In this document: one piece after another, positions 18,852-27,129 of the stretch
Position numbering within the stretch: the first letter of the stretch is position 1
Layout of the letters: the number at the start of each line of letters is the position of its first letter
Source of the DNA: Candidatus Giovannonibacteria bacterium
GTDB lineage: Bacteria > Patescibacteriota > Minisyncoccia > JACPKW01 > UBA11713
Length of the DNA: 64,000 nt
Reading direction: 5' to 3'
Assembly: GCA_016186825.1 (NCBI GenBank)
Contig: JACPKW010000001.1
Span: forward strand, 13,508-77,507
The notes under the pieces: model-generated
The model's input: the letters and a program-made list of their open reading frames with translations, nothing else
Told to the model about the DNA's origin: nothing
Databases searched by the model: none
Program-made: the position numbers and the translations under genes

Positions 18852-19292
18852 TCATTGGCCCTTGAACTGCCACTCAATCTTGTCGCCGTTTTTTAGCTCA
18901 TAAGCGGACGCTCCGATTTCCGCGTATTTTCCGTTTATCAAATACTGCCAGTATTTTCCGTCCGTGCCGTTTTCCTTGCCCTCTATTTTCGTAATTAGTT
19001 TTCCTAGATCTCCGTAGTCCTTAGTCTCAAATTCGAGGCCAGAATTTTTCGCAACTCTTTGGGTAACCGCGAGCAGATTTTCGCCTCTGTTAAATTCTAT
19101 ATTCTCGAATTTTTTGCTTTCATTTTCGTCAAAACTGAAAATTATTGTCGCCTTGTCTTTTAGCTCACTAACTTGCTTAGTTGAATCAAGAGACTTCTCT
19201 GCAATATTCTTTGAAAAATATACCCACGCGCCGACTCCGACAACAATCAAAACAAGAACACCAAATAATAAATTCCTTATATTCTTGGACAT
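18852..19292 (-). CDS. DUF4430-domain secreted protein
   Basis: 146 aa. N-terminal TM, then GENLLAVTQRVAKNSGLEFETKDYGDLGKLITKIEGKENGTDGKYWQYLINGKYAEIGASAYELKNGDKIEWQF, which matches the DUF4430 pattern as I recall it. Confidence 0.55.
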   Translation of the reverse strand: MSKNIRNLLFGVLVLIVVGVGAWVYFSKNIAEKSLDSTKQVSELKDKATIIFSFDENESKKFENIEFNRGENLLAVTQRVAKNSGLEFETKDYGDLGKLITKIEGKENGTDGKYWQYLINGKYAEIGASAYELKNGDKIEWQFKGQ

Positions 19293-19326
19293 AAAATAAT
19301 AATTAGTTAATAAAAATGCAAATCCC

Positions 19327-19344
19327 CGCTCGAGCGCGGGGACA
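19327..19344 (-). terminator. hairpin CCCCGC-tcgagc-GCGGGG at the 3' end of a candidate leader or small RNA
   Basis: Perfect 6-bp GC stem. On the minus strand it is followed by ATTTGCATTTTT. It lies 35 nt upstream of the DUF4430 gene start. Confidence 0.35.
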
Positions 19345-19628
19345 GAAAAATAAAATTGAATACCTTGCTCGAGGAAAAACTATGCAGGATTGGCCTTCGG
19401 ACTTACGCAGTAACCGAGCATATAACGCATTATGTGCTTGGTTATTCCAACGAACACCGTAGCGGCACTGTGCGAGAATCTCACTCGCTTCCCCAACCAA
19501 CGGAACTAAAGAGTCTGCATTTATTTTTTTATTGAACTAATTCCAGCATAATTATTCGCAAATATAATGTCAAACAAAAAACGATCCCGAGACGATACTC
19601 TCAACCTCTTAACTTCAAAGGTCAAATT

Positions 19629-20108
19629 TTAATTATTTACTTTTTTTGATAAAAACAGTTGCGCACTGGATAGTATCAAACTAAAAAAGAGACTGAGAAT
19701 ACTTATCGCAAATCCCATTGCCCAATCCGGAAAACGATACAAAAAATCAAAAGTTCCGAAAGGCATCCAGGTCATAAAACCTATTAAATGATTAAATGCG
19801 CTCGTATTTAGCAATAGCAACGCAAAAAAGCTTCCATAAGCGTTTACAATGAATGCGGCCGAAAATATCGCGAATACCCAGATCGGAATTTCGATAAAAC
19901 GCAGAGCGCCCATCGCTTCCGACCATATGCGTGCAATGTAATTTGCTTCCATGCCCCAATCGCCCTGCACATTTACATTAGTAATATAGAAATCGAGAGA
20001 CATAGCAGCCAAAAAGAAAATATATGAAAAAATGAAATTCCAGCTGATTCTTTGACTTGTGATTTTATTATACAAATCCTGAAAGTCTTTAGAGAATTTT
20101 CTTTTCAC
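19629..20108 (-). CDS. polytopic membrane protein of unknown function
   Basis: 159 aa with 4 hydrophobic helices. Confidence 0.5.
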   Translation of the reverse strand: MKRKFSKDFQDLYNKITSQRISWNFIFSYIFFLAAMSLDFYITNVNVQGDWGMEANYIARIWSEAMGALRFIEIPIWVFAIFSAAFIVNAYGSFFALLLLNTSAFNHLIGFMTWMPFGTFDFLYRFPDWAMGFAISILSLFFSLILSSAQLFLSKKVNN

Positions 20109-20137
20109 CTTAAAATCGCTCCTGATATATTACTAAA

Positions 20138-20728
20138 TTATTTCTTGCGAACTTCCAGCCAATCCGGAACAGGAATAAAAGTAATTTCATTCCAAGCATC
20201 AATTTCTTCTTCTGAAACATTGTAATATGCCTGATAAGCAGTCTCTACACTGCCATGAATAGCATCAGTCCACTCAAGATTTAATTTCTTTGCAATTTCC
20301 TTCAGCGACATTTCATTTTTAGCTTCCAACTCCACGAATGTCGGTATCCACGGCCAAGTATCAATCGTAACCTCGACACCCTCAAAATCCCATCTCTCGC
20401 GTTTTGTCTCCTGATACGACTTATTTTCTAAACCAATTGCCTTTAAAAAATTAGAAATTTTATCGAAGTCTTCAATAATTAATGAAATTTCTTTTGTTCC
20501 TTCCAGGGTTCTGTCAAATAATTGCTTATACGCCAGAGTCACTTTATCACCTTCATCCCTTACTCTTATCCAGCCCCCAATCTTCTCAAGTCTTCGATCT
20601 GGAAAATCAAAATTTTTTCTCCTCATTAACCGTTCCGAGTGAATTAAGACTGCTCCGCTTTTTTTGAGAATATTGCGAAGATCACGAGTGTTGATATTTA
20701 AAAATTTAGCTTCAATCTCAACTTCCAT
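20138..20728 (-). CDS. CYTH-domain protein (CyaB/ThTPase-like triphosphate tunnel metalloenzyme)
   Basis: 196 aa. The N-terminal EIEAKFL matches the CYTH ExExK signature, followed by acidic beta-strand motifs. Confidence 0.6.
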   Translation of the reverse strand: MEVEIEAKFLNINTRDLRNILKKSGAVLIHSERLMRRKNFDFPDRRLEKIGGWIRVRDEGDKVTLAYKQLFDRTLEGTKEISLIIEDFDKISNFLKAIGLENKSYQETKRERWDFEGVEVTIDTWPWIPTFVELEAKNEMSLKEIAKKLNLEWTDAIHGSVETAYQAYYNVSEEEIDAWNEITFIPVPDWLEVRKK

Positions 20729-20774
20729 AATTTTGCGCTCATTTTTAACTCAAGAATATTTCACAAAGCGAGCC

Positions 20775-20873
20775 ATGTGGAGTATTCTGAAAATAGTTCG
20801 AACGCATTTTGCTGCCTGTGGCCGCGAGGAAAGCCCCCCGCGAAATTCCGAAATCACGGCTCCGCTGCGCCAA
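20775..20873 (+). repeat. GC-rich repeat A, copy 1
   Basis: About 99 bp that is roughly 93% identical to the reverse complement of 21889-21987, aligned by eye (ATGTGGAGTATTCTGAAAATAGTTCGAACGCATTTTGCTGCCTGTGGCCGCGAGGAAAGCCCCCCGCGAAATTCCGAAATC...). Confidence 0.8.
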
Positions 20874-20951
20874 TGACAATTTTCCGCAGGAGGCGGATCT
20901 GCCTCCGGCATGACAAGTTTTTTTAGCGGCATTGCTCTTTAAAAATCAAGA

Positions 20952-21812
20952 CTATTTAATCTCTATTTTCCCCTCACCTGATAATGGAATAACAATACTT
21001 ATCGATATGAGCTTCTTTTGCCCCGACATGAGCTCGTCGTGATATAAATTATTAGAGTTAGAATAGGTCTTCTTGGTTTTCTCTTCGGTATAAATGACTA
21101 GGACATCTAGATTTGCATTGTGTTTTGCTGAAACCTCTAGAGTATAAGTTCCTAGTAAAGGATTTAAAATCTCTACCGATTGAGATCCTGGGCTAAAACC
21201 TGCATTTGGTATTTCTTCTACCAAAACGCCATCCTTATGACCCGTACGTCGTCCAGACGGATCAATCACTACCACATCTGACACGAGGGAATCGAGAACA
21301 CTTATACTTAATCCGGTTTGACCAACATCAATTTTTGACTGCAACAAACTTAAACTGCGAATCGTTTTTACTTCGAAAATCTTGCCACCTCTTTTTAAAA
21401 GTAAAGTTACCTCTGTTCCAACGTCTCCTTTTATATGTTTAGTATATTCAGCAACCGTCAATTTGATATACTTTTTATCACTATCTATTACTGCTATGAT
21501 TTCATCACCAGCTTTTATACCACTTTTTTCTGCTGGAGAATTAGAAAGAACAGAATCCACAAAAACTCGGTTATTTTCTGAACTCCGTAATGCCACGCCA
21601 ATTCCTACCTCATTTTTTAATTCAGATTTATTTCCAGTTATTCTTTCATTCTGCTCTGATGGAGGCGGCTGTTGCGATGGCGAGGTATTTGTAGGTTTGA
21701 TTTTATCCTCAGACGCCATCTTTTTGTTCGAATAAAAATACCACGCCGTACTTGCGGTAATAATAACAATTAAAATTACAAAAGCTATATTTATAAATCC
21801 TCTTTGAATCAT
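20952..21812 (-). CDS. secreted PDZ-domain protein
   Basis: 286 aa. N-terminal TM, Pro/Gln-rich linker, then a PDZ-like segment GIGVALRSSENNRVFVDSVLSNSPAEKSGIKAGDEIIAV. Confidence 0.6.
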   Translation of the reverse strand: MIQRGFINIAFVILIVIITASTAWYFYSNKKMASEDKIKPTNTSPSQQPPPSEQNERITGNKSELKNEVGIGVALRSSENNRVFVDSVLSNSPAEKSGIKAGDEIIAVIDSDKKYIKLTVAEYTKHIKGDVGTEVTLLLKRGGKIFEVKTIRSLSLLQSKIDVGQTGLSISVLDSLVSDVVVIDPSGRRTGHKDGVLVEEIPNAGFSPGSQSVEILNPLLGTYTLEVSAKHNANLDVLVIYTEEKTKKTYSNSNNLYHDELMSGQKKLISISIVIPLSGEGKIEIK

Positions 21813-21888
21813 ATGATTAAAAATTTTCTTTTCCCAAAATTAAAATGCAGTTCGAGCCGATATTTTTACAGGTTCTTTGGCAGTTTTT

Positions 21889-21987
21889 ATCGGCGCGGCG
21901 AAGCCGCGATTTCGGAATTTCGCGGGGGGCTTCCTCGCGGCCACAGGCAGCAAAATGCGTTCGAACTATTTTCAGAATACTCCACAT
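21889..21987 (-). repeat. GC-rich repeat A, copy 2 (inverted)
   Basis: Reverse complement matches 20775-20873. Together the two copies bracket the PDZ gene. Confidence 0.8.
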
Positions 21988-21992
21988 TTTAG

Positions 21993-22070
21993 AAAAACAA
22001 ATCCACAGGTTTTCCGCCGCCTTCGGCGGCGGCCAAATCGTATGGTTTTGGGGGCGAAAAAATCCGGCGG
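21993..22070 (+). repeat. GC-rich repeat B, copy 1
   Basis: About 78 bp containing the hairpin CGCCGCC-TTCG-GGCGGCG. It matches the reverse complement of 24137-24215 almost exactly. Confidence 0.8.
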
Positions 22071-22826
22071 CTAGGTCTTTCTAAAGAAAACTGGAATAAT
22101 GCGGGGCGAATCTTCTTTTTTGAAATGGCTATCTAGATTGTAATCGCCATAGATCTCTAAATTCCATTCTACACCAAAATATTCTTTTAGCCTCTCAATC
22201 TCGACATACTGCCCATTTTCAGCGTCTTCGATAGTTTCGCTTTTTCCAGTTTTCTTATCAAAAATTTCATAAACAAATTTTGTCTTTTTCAAGTTGTCAT
22301 CAGTCAGCTCCCAATCTCGGATAACTTTCATTTTGTAATCGTCATTTTCTCCCAAATAAGTTTTATGAAATTTTTGATTATATCTATAAAAATTTGCTTC
22401 GTCTAAAATAACAATTTTCTTAATGTGTGTTTTCTGCCAATCGTAGAAGTTTCTTCTGCCTTCCTCCGAAAAAATATAGGATAAAGTTGACCACATACAA
22501 ATGGCGGCGTTGTATTCTTGATTTATATTTATGGTCTCAAACTGTCCATGAATGACTTTTAAATCGGGATAATTTTTCTTGGCGATCGAAAGTGCTTTTT
22601 CTGACTGGTCGAATAAAGTTACGTCATATCCAGCTTTTAGAAGTAATCCAGAATGAAGGCCAACGCCGCCGCCCAAATCAATTACTTTTTCTATTTTTTC
22701 GGAATATTTTTTGAAAATATCAATGACAAAATTTGTTTCCTCTCTTTCGTGTCCAACTTTTCCAAGAGTTGTTTCGCGCCACAAGGGAAATAATTCAGCC
22801 AAATTTTCATAAATTTTCGTTTTCAT
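22071..22826 (-). CDS. class I SAM-dependent methyltransferase
   Basis: 251 aa. Motif I VIDLGGGVGLHSGLLLKAGYDVTLFD and a post-I acidic residue. Confidence 0.75.
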   Translation of the reverse strand: MKTKIYENLAELFPLWRETTLGKVGHEREETNFVIDIFKKYSEKIEKVIDLGGGVGLHSGLLLKAGYDVTLFDQSEKALSIAKKNYPDLKVIHGQFETININQEYNAAICMWSTLSYIFSEEGRRNFYDWQKTHIKKIVILDEANFYRYNQKFHKTYLGENDDYKMKVIRDWELTDDNLKKTKFVYEIFDKKTGKSETIEDAENGQYVEIERLKEYFGVEWNLEIYGDYNLDSHFKKEDSPRIIPVFFRKT

Positions 22827-22831
22827 AAATT

Positions 22832-23845
22832 TCAGCCAATTTTTGTCAAAACCTCCAACAGCTTCTCTGTATATTGTTTTGATCCGATTGAAATACGCAT
22901 AAATTCTTCGGAAACAAATTTTGAAATCAAAAAATTCATTTTGTCTAATTCTTGTTCCAAAATAGGTTTTGCTGTTTTTTCTACTTTCACTAAAACAAAG
23001 TTTGCTTTTGAATCAAAGGCTTTAAAATTCTTAGATTTGTTGACCTCGGCAACAAAATTTTGCCTATCAGAAATAACCTCACTTGAAAGTTTTTCATAGT
23101 ATTCATCTGATTCAAGTGCGGCAATCGCAATTTCTTCTAAAAGTCGGCTACCGCCCAAGTAAAAATTTTGATAGCGTAAAATCTCTTTCACTTTTTTGCC
23201 GCACAATGCAAATCCAATTCGCAAACCAGCGAGCGCATAAAGTTTAGAAAAACTCCTTAAAATCATTAAATTATCATGTTTTTCCAGCAAAGCTATAAAA
23301 TCTTGCTGATTATATTTTTCGTCAAATCCAAAATAAGCTTCGTCCAAAACAACGAGAGTTGCTTTGTCGGCTTTATTCAATATCTTTTGCAAATCAGCAA
23401 GATTTGTTGAATTTCCTGTCGGATTGTTTGGCGAAGTGATTAAAACCAATTTTGGCTTTAATTCACCAACTTTTCTAAGGCAATCATCAATATCAAAAGT
23501 AAAATCGTTCTGATTTTCTATGAGTCTAAAATTTTCCAACTTTATCTTCTTAAAATCAAGATATTTGTCGTAATAAGTGTAATGAAATTCATGAGTGAGA
23601 ACAATATCATTATCTGGTTTCAAACTGTCAAAAATAGTTCTAAAAATATCTTCTAATCCATAACCAATAATGATTTGATCTTCCGGTAATTGGAAAATTT
23701 TAGACAATTTTGGAATTAAGGTCGAACCAAAATAGCCTTCAAAATACAAAGCTATATGTTCAGAGGAGAAATTTCTTGAAGTCTCCAAAACTTTTGGCGA
23801 TGGCCCTTGTATTACCTCATTTCGATTTAGTAGTTTTTTGTCCAT
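22832..23845 (-). CDS. PLP-dependent aminotransferase class I/II (HisC-like)
   Basis: 337 aa. LVLITSPNNPTGN, VVLDEAYFGF and SFSKLYALAGLRIGF, the PLP-lysine motif. Confidence 0.75.
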   Translation of the reverse strand: MDKKLLNRNEVIQGPSPKVLETSRNFSSEHIALYFEGYFGSTLIPKLSKIFQLPEDQIIIGYGLEDIFRTIFDSLKPDNDIVLTHEFHYTYYDKYLDFKKIKLENFRLIENQNDFTFDIDDCLRKVGELKPKLVLITSPNNPTGNSTNLADLQKILNKADKATLVVLDEAYFGFDEKYNQQDFIALLEKHDNLMILRSFSKLYALAGLRIGFALCGKKVKEILRYQNFYLGGSRLLEEIAIAALESDEYYEKLSSEVISDRQNFVAEVNKSKNFKAFDSKANFVLVKVEKTAKPILEQELDKMNFLISKFVSEEFMRISIGSKQYTEKLLEVLTKIG

Positions 23846-23847
23846 AA

Positions 23848-24069
23848 TTACTTCAGTAATTCATTAGCCGATACGCCCAGCGCATTAGCTATTTTAGCAA
23901 CTGTCGCAAGGGTGGGGTTTTTCTTCCCATTCTCAATATTGCTGATATAGCCCCTATCAACATCTAAAGCTCGCGCAATATCGCCTTGCGACATCTTCTT
24001 TTTAGCTCTAATGCGCTTCATGTTGTTTCCAAATTGTGCAGAGATTTTGTCCATATTTGAGATATTCAC
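23848..24069 (-). CDS. XRE-family helix-turn-helix transcriptional regulator
   Basis: 73 aa. MSQGDIARALDVDRGYISNIENGKKNPTLATVAKIANALGV is a canonical Cro/C1 HTH. Confidence 0.75.
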   Translation of the reverse strand: MNISNMDKISAQFGNNMKRIRAKKKMSQGDIARALDVDRGYISNIENGKKNPTLATVAKIANALGVSANELLK

Positions 24070-24136
24070 ATTTTAACACTTTGTTATATTGTTGGACAAT
24101 GTTATACTAAAATACACTATGGTATTTTTTGATTTT

Positions 24137-24215
24137 GCCGCCGGATTTTTTCGCCCCCAAAACCATACGATTTGGCCGCCGCCGAAGGCGGCGGAAGGCC
24201 TGTGGATTTGTCTTT
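24137..24215 (-). repeat. GC-rich repeat B, copy 2 (inverted)
   Basis: Reverse complement matches 21993-22070. It ends about 10 nt from the 3' end of tRNA-Ala. Confidence 0.8.
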
Positions 24216-24225
24216 TTCTAAAATG

Positions 24226-24296
24226 TGGACCCGGGGAGAATCGAACTCCCGCCTACCGGATGCAAACCGGTCGTTTTGCCACTTAACTACGGGCCC
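24226..24296 (-). tRNA. tRNA-Ala (anticodon UGC)
   Basis: The reverse complement starts GGGCCCG with a G3-U70 wobble pair, the Ala identity element. Anticodon loop TTTGCAT (anticodon UGC), T-arm GGGAG-TTCGATT-CTCCC, discriminator A. Confidence 0.8.
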
Positions 24297-24354
24297 TAAC
24301 CTAATAAGATAAAAGTATAACCTATAATCACTTTTTTTTTAAGTCGCAATTTCT

Positions 24355-24412
24355 CCTCTTGGCGCCATCTTTGGGCGATCGTGAACAAATGACGCCAAGA
24401 TGGTAAATGCTA
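24355..24412. repeat. degenerate member of the GGTACC/CGATCG palindrome family
   Basis: CGCCATCTTTGGGCGATCG...GACGCCAAGATGGTA retains the CCATCTTGG/CCAAGATGG arms and the CGATCG core. Confidence 0.5.
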
Positions 24413-24462
24413 GTATGTAAATGAAAAACTCCCGACAACTCAAGCGGGAGCTTTTCTGAATA

Positions 24463-24747
24463 TCAGAATAATTTTATTTCGCCGTTCTCGTCAATTTTAA
24501 CTTCGAATTCTTCGAGACCAGTTTGGGCGGGGCCTTTCAGTAATTTTCCTGCCGCCTCAAAGCGTGAACCGTGGCATGGACAATCCCATGTCTTTTCGGC
24601 ATCATTCCATTCAACGTCACAGCGCGCGTGCGGGCAGATTGTCGAGAAGACTTTTATTTTTTCCCCGTCGTTATATATAGCTAAAAGTTTTCCATCTATT
24701 TTTACAATCTTCCCATCCCCCTCCGGAATTTCCGAAATTCGTGCCAT
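24463..24747 (-). CDS. Rieske [2Fe-2S] domain protein
   Basis: 94 aa. CPH, then 15 residues, then CPCH. This is the canonical Rieske ligand spacing. Confidence 0.75.
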   Translation of the reverse strand: MARISEIPEGDGKIVKIDGKLLAIYNDGEKIKVFSTICPHARCDVEWNDAEKTWDCPCHGSRFEAAGKLLKGPAQTGLEEFEVKIDENGEIKLF

Positions 24748-24748
24748 G

Positions 24749-25216
24749 CTACTCTACCGTAACCGTTCCTCTTATGCTTGTATTCAAGTGATCGTGGAAT
24801 CCACAGCTATTCTTTTCATTGAATGTGAATGAATAAGTTTCGCCAGGATTGACGCCGCGAAGCGCATCAAATCCCGCGTAGCAAGTATGCGCTGGATGCG
24901 GCCCGGACGCCGGCCAGTGCGGCTTTGAATCTCTGTTCACGAAATTAATTTTCGTTCCCGCTGTTATGTTCACTGTTGACGGTGAAAATCCATTCGACAT
25001 CATTTCAACTGTCATTTCCTCGGACATCATCCCCGTTGTATTTCCAGTCATTCCGCTTGAATTCGTATTTCCAGCATTCTCGCTTGCGTTCGACTTATTA
25101 GATAAATCGGGCTGGCTCGAAATTCCCATGTTTTTCTGACTGGAGTTGGAATATAAATACCATCCTCCGGCAATAATAACAAAGACAACCAAAATGATAA
25201 CTAATATTTTATTCAT
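24749..25216 (-). CDS. secreted cupredoxin-like (type-1 copper fold) protein
   Basis: 155 aa. Signal/TM, then FSPSTVNITAGTKINFVNRDSKPHWPASGPHPAHT...GFHDHL, matching the plastocyanin-like strand pattern with His ligands. Confidence 0.5.
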   Translation of the reverse strand: MNKILVIILVVFVIIAGGWYLYSNSSQKNMGISSQPDLSNKSNASENAGNTNSSGMTGNTTGMMSEEMTVEMMSNGFSPSTVNITAGTKINFVNRDSKPHWPASGPHPAHTCYAGFDALRGVNPGETYSFTFNEKNSCGFHDHLNTSIRGTVTVE

Positions 25217-25276
25217 AACTTTTTAAGTTAATATTAATTTCCTCTTCAAACGCCTCGCGGTCCTCGACTCCGAGAC

Positions 25277-26059
25277 TCAAACTAAGGCGCGCCAATTTTC
25301 TTCGATAATTCGCATTATAAGATTACCCACAAGCAGCGACAACAATAAATAATCGACCTGCTTGGGGCCTTTGAACGCAAAAATTACCGCAAAGGCTCCC
25401 ACAATAATTCCATATAACACCCTGTTCCGGGTTGGGCGAAAAGATGACGTCATGGGTTCAATGAGCATTACGGTAACAAAAAATAAAACTGTCCCATCTA
25501 AAATGATGTTTCGGAATAAAAAAACCGTATTTTCGAAGCTAAATTTTTGGAAATAATTAGAAATCGCAAATAAACCCATATAAGTTAGCAAAAATGCAAT
25601 TGCCGTTTCAAATCGCCTCTGCCTCCACAGTATGAATATTCCACCCGCGAGCATAATCCAAGTTGTAAAGTATGCAAAATTGGCGCCCCACCAAGTGAGA
25701 ACAAATGGACTAAATAAGGAAAGAACGACAAGCGAAAAAGCTGCAGGGTTAAAAATATGTCGCCCATTGAATTTGATTATTTGCTTCGAAAAAACCGCCA
25801 AAAGGGGCAGCAATATAATAAAACGATAATCCTGCGCCAAAGGACCAACTAATGACAAGATTAGACCCGAGATAAGCGAGCTTTCTGGCATATACCAGAT
25901 GCGATCCCGAAAATAAGTCCAGATCAAATCGAAAAATGAATATAAAAGAACTATTGCAATAGCGTTCAAAAAAATCGCCGCATTGCCATGGAATATTGCG
26001 CCCAAAACCAAAAGCACTGCGAGATATAAAACCATGAAATGTTTAATATTGATTTTCAT
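25277..26059 (-). CDS. polytopic membrane protein, weakly NqrB/RnfD-like
   Basis: 260 aa with about 8 TM. GRHIFNPAAF resembles the FNPALVGR block of RnfD/NqrB. The family assignment is tentative. Its start overlaps the stop of the upstream Ddl gene. Confidence 0.55.
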   Translation of the reverse strand: MKINIKHFMVLYLAVLLVLGAIFHGNAAIFLNAIAIVLLYSFFDLIWTYFRDRIWYMPESSLISGLILSLVGPLAQDYRFIILLPLLAVFSKQIIKFNGRHIFNPAAFSLVVLSLFSPFVLTWWGANFAYFTTWIMLAGGIFILWRQRRFETAIAFLLTYMGLFAISNYFQKFSFENTVFLFRNIILDGTVLFFVTVMLIEPMTSSFRPTRNRVLYGIIVGAFAVIFAFKGPKQVDYLLLSLLVGNLIMRIIEENWRALV

Positions 26060-27129
26060 TAAAGCGGCCCTATTTTTTTAGCATGCGCTTCGATGCCAAG
26101 CGCAATTATTTTATCAAGAAAATCCGCGGGGTTCATCCCCACTTCCGCGGCCTGATGGAATACCATTGTTGAAGGAGTTATGCCCGGCAAAGTATTCGGT
26201 TCAAGCACAACAATTTCTCCGTCTTCTTTCACAAACATGTCAATTCTCGGATACCCGATTAAATTTAATTCATCGCATACTTTAATTGCGATTTCCTGCG
26301 CGCGCGCCGTTAACTCCAGAGAAAGCCTTGCAGGCGTGATCATTTCAGCTCCTCCGGGCAAAAATTTATCCTGCAGCGTTAGATATCCCAAATTTTTACT
26401 CCATGGCGTTTCTGTTATCGGGAGAGCAATTCGACTCGCGCGATTGCCTAATACAGAAATAGTAATTTCCATCCCCGTAATTTTTTCCTCGACTAAAATT
26501 CTCCGATCCCAGTGAAAAGCCGCCGAAAATGCCTGCGGGAGATCCTCTGCTTTCGCCACAATCCCAATCGCTGTTGAACACCCCTCGCGTGACGGCTTTA
26601 CAACAACCGGAAAGCCTAGATAGTCCTCAATACGCCTTGCCGCAATTTCCGGACGTTCGCGCCATTCATCTTCAAATAGAGCGAGGTGCTTTGGAGTTTT
26701 AATCCCCGCATTATCCAATATTTTTCTTTGAATATATTTTTCCGAACCAAGTGCGCTTCCTAAAATTCCGGGGCCGTTATAAGGAATTTTCTGAAGCTCG
26801 AGCAGTCCTTGCAGGCATCCATCCTCCATAAATTTTCCATGCCCGATAATAAATGCAAAATCAATCTGTGATTTCAACTCTTCATAAAAAATTCTCTCCC
26901 CTTTGGTTGCAAGCAGCCTTTCGATATCGGAAGTTGTATTTTGCAACAGCAAGAACTCCGGAATTTTCCAAATCCGATGTTTTGAGTCCATGAAAATAGC
27001 GAAAATATCATACTTGGATGTATCGATTTTCTGAAAAACATTGCGTCCGCCTTCGAGCGATACTTCTTTTTCAGAAGATGATCCGCCGAAAATTATCCCG
27101 ACTTTAACTTTTTTTGCCGCATCGGTCAT
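26059..27129 (-). CDS. ddl: D-alanine--D-alanine ligase family (ATP-grasp), paralog 1
   Basis: 356 aa. N-terminal GIIFGGSSSEKEVSL, ATP-grasp core, C-terminal EPNTLPGIT. Confidence 0.8.
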   Translation of the reverse strand: MTDAAKKVKVGIIFGGSSSEKEVSLEGGRNVFQKIDTSKYDIFAIFMDSKHRIWKIPEFLLLQNTTSDIERLLATKGERIFYEELKSQIDFAFIIGHGKFMEDGCLQGLLELQKIPYNGPGILGSALGSEKYIQRKILDNAGIKTPKHLALFEDEWRERPEIAARRIEDYLGFPVVVKPSREGCSTAIGIVAKAEDLPQAFSAAFHWDRRILVEEKITGMEITISVLGNRASRIALPITETPWSKNLGYLTLQDKFLPGGAEMITPARLSLELTARAQEIAIKVCDELNLIGYPRIDMFVKEDGEIVVLEPNTLPGITPSTMVFHQAAEVGMNPADFLDKIIALGIEAHAKKIGPL

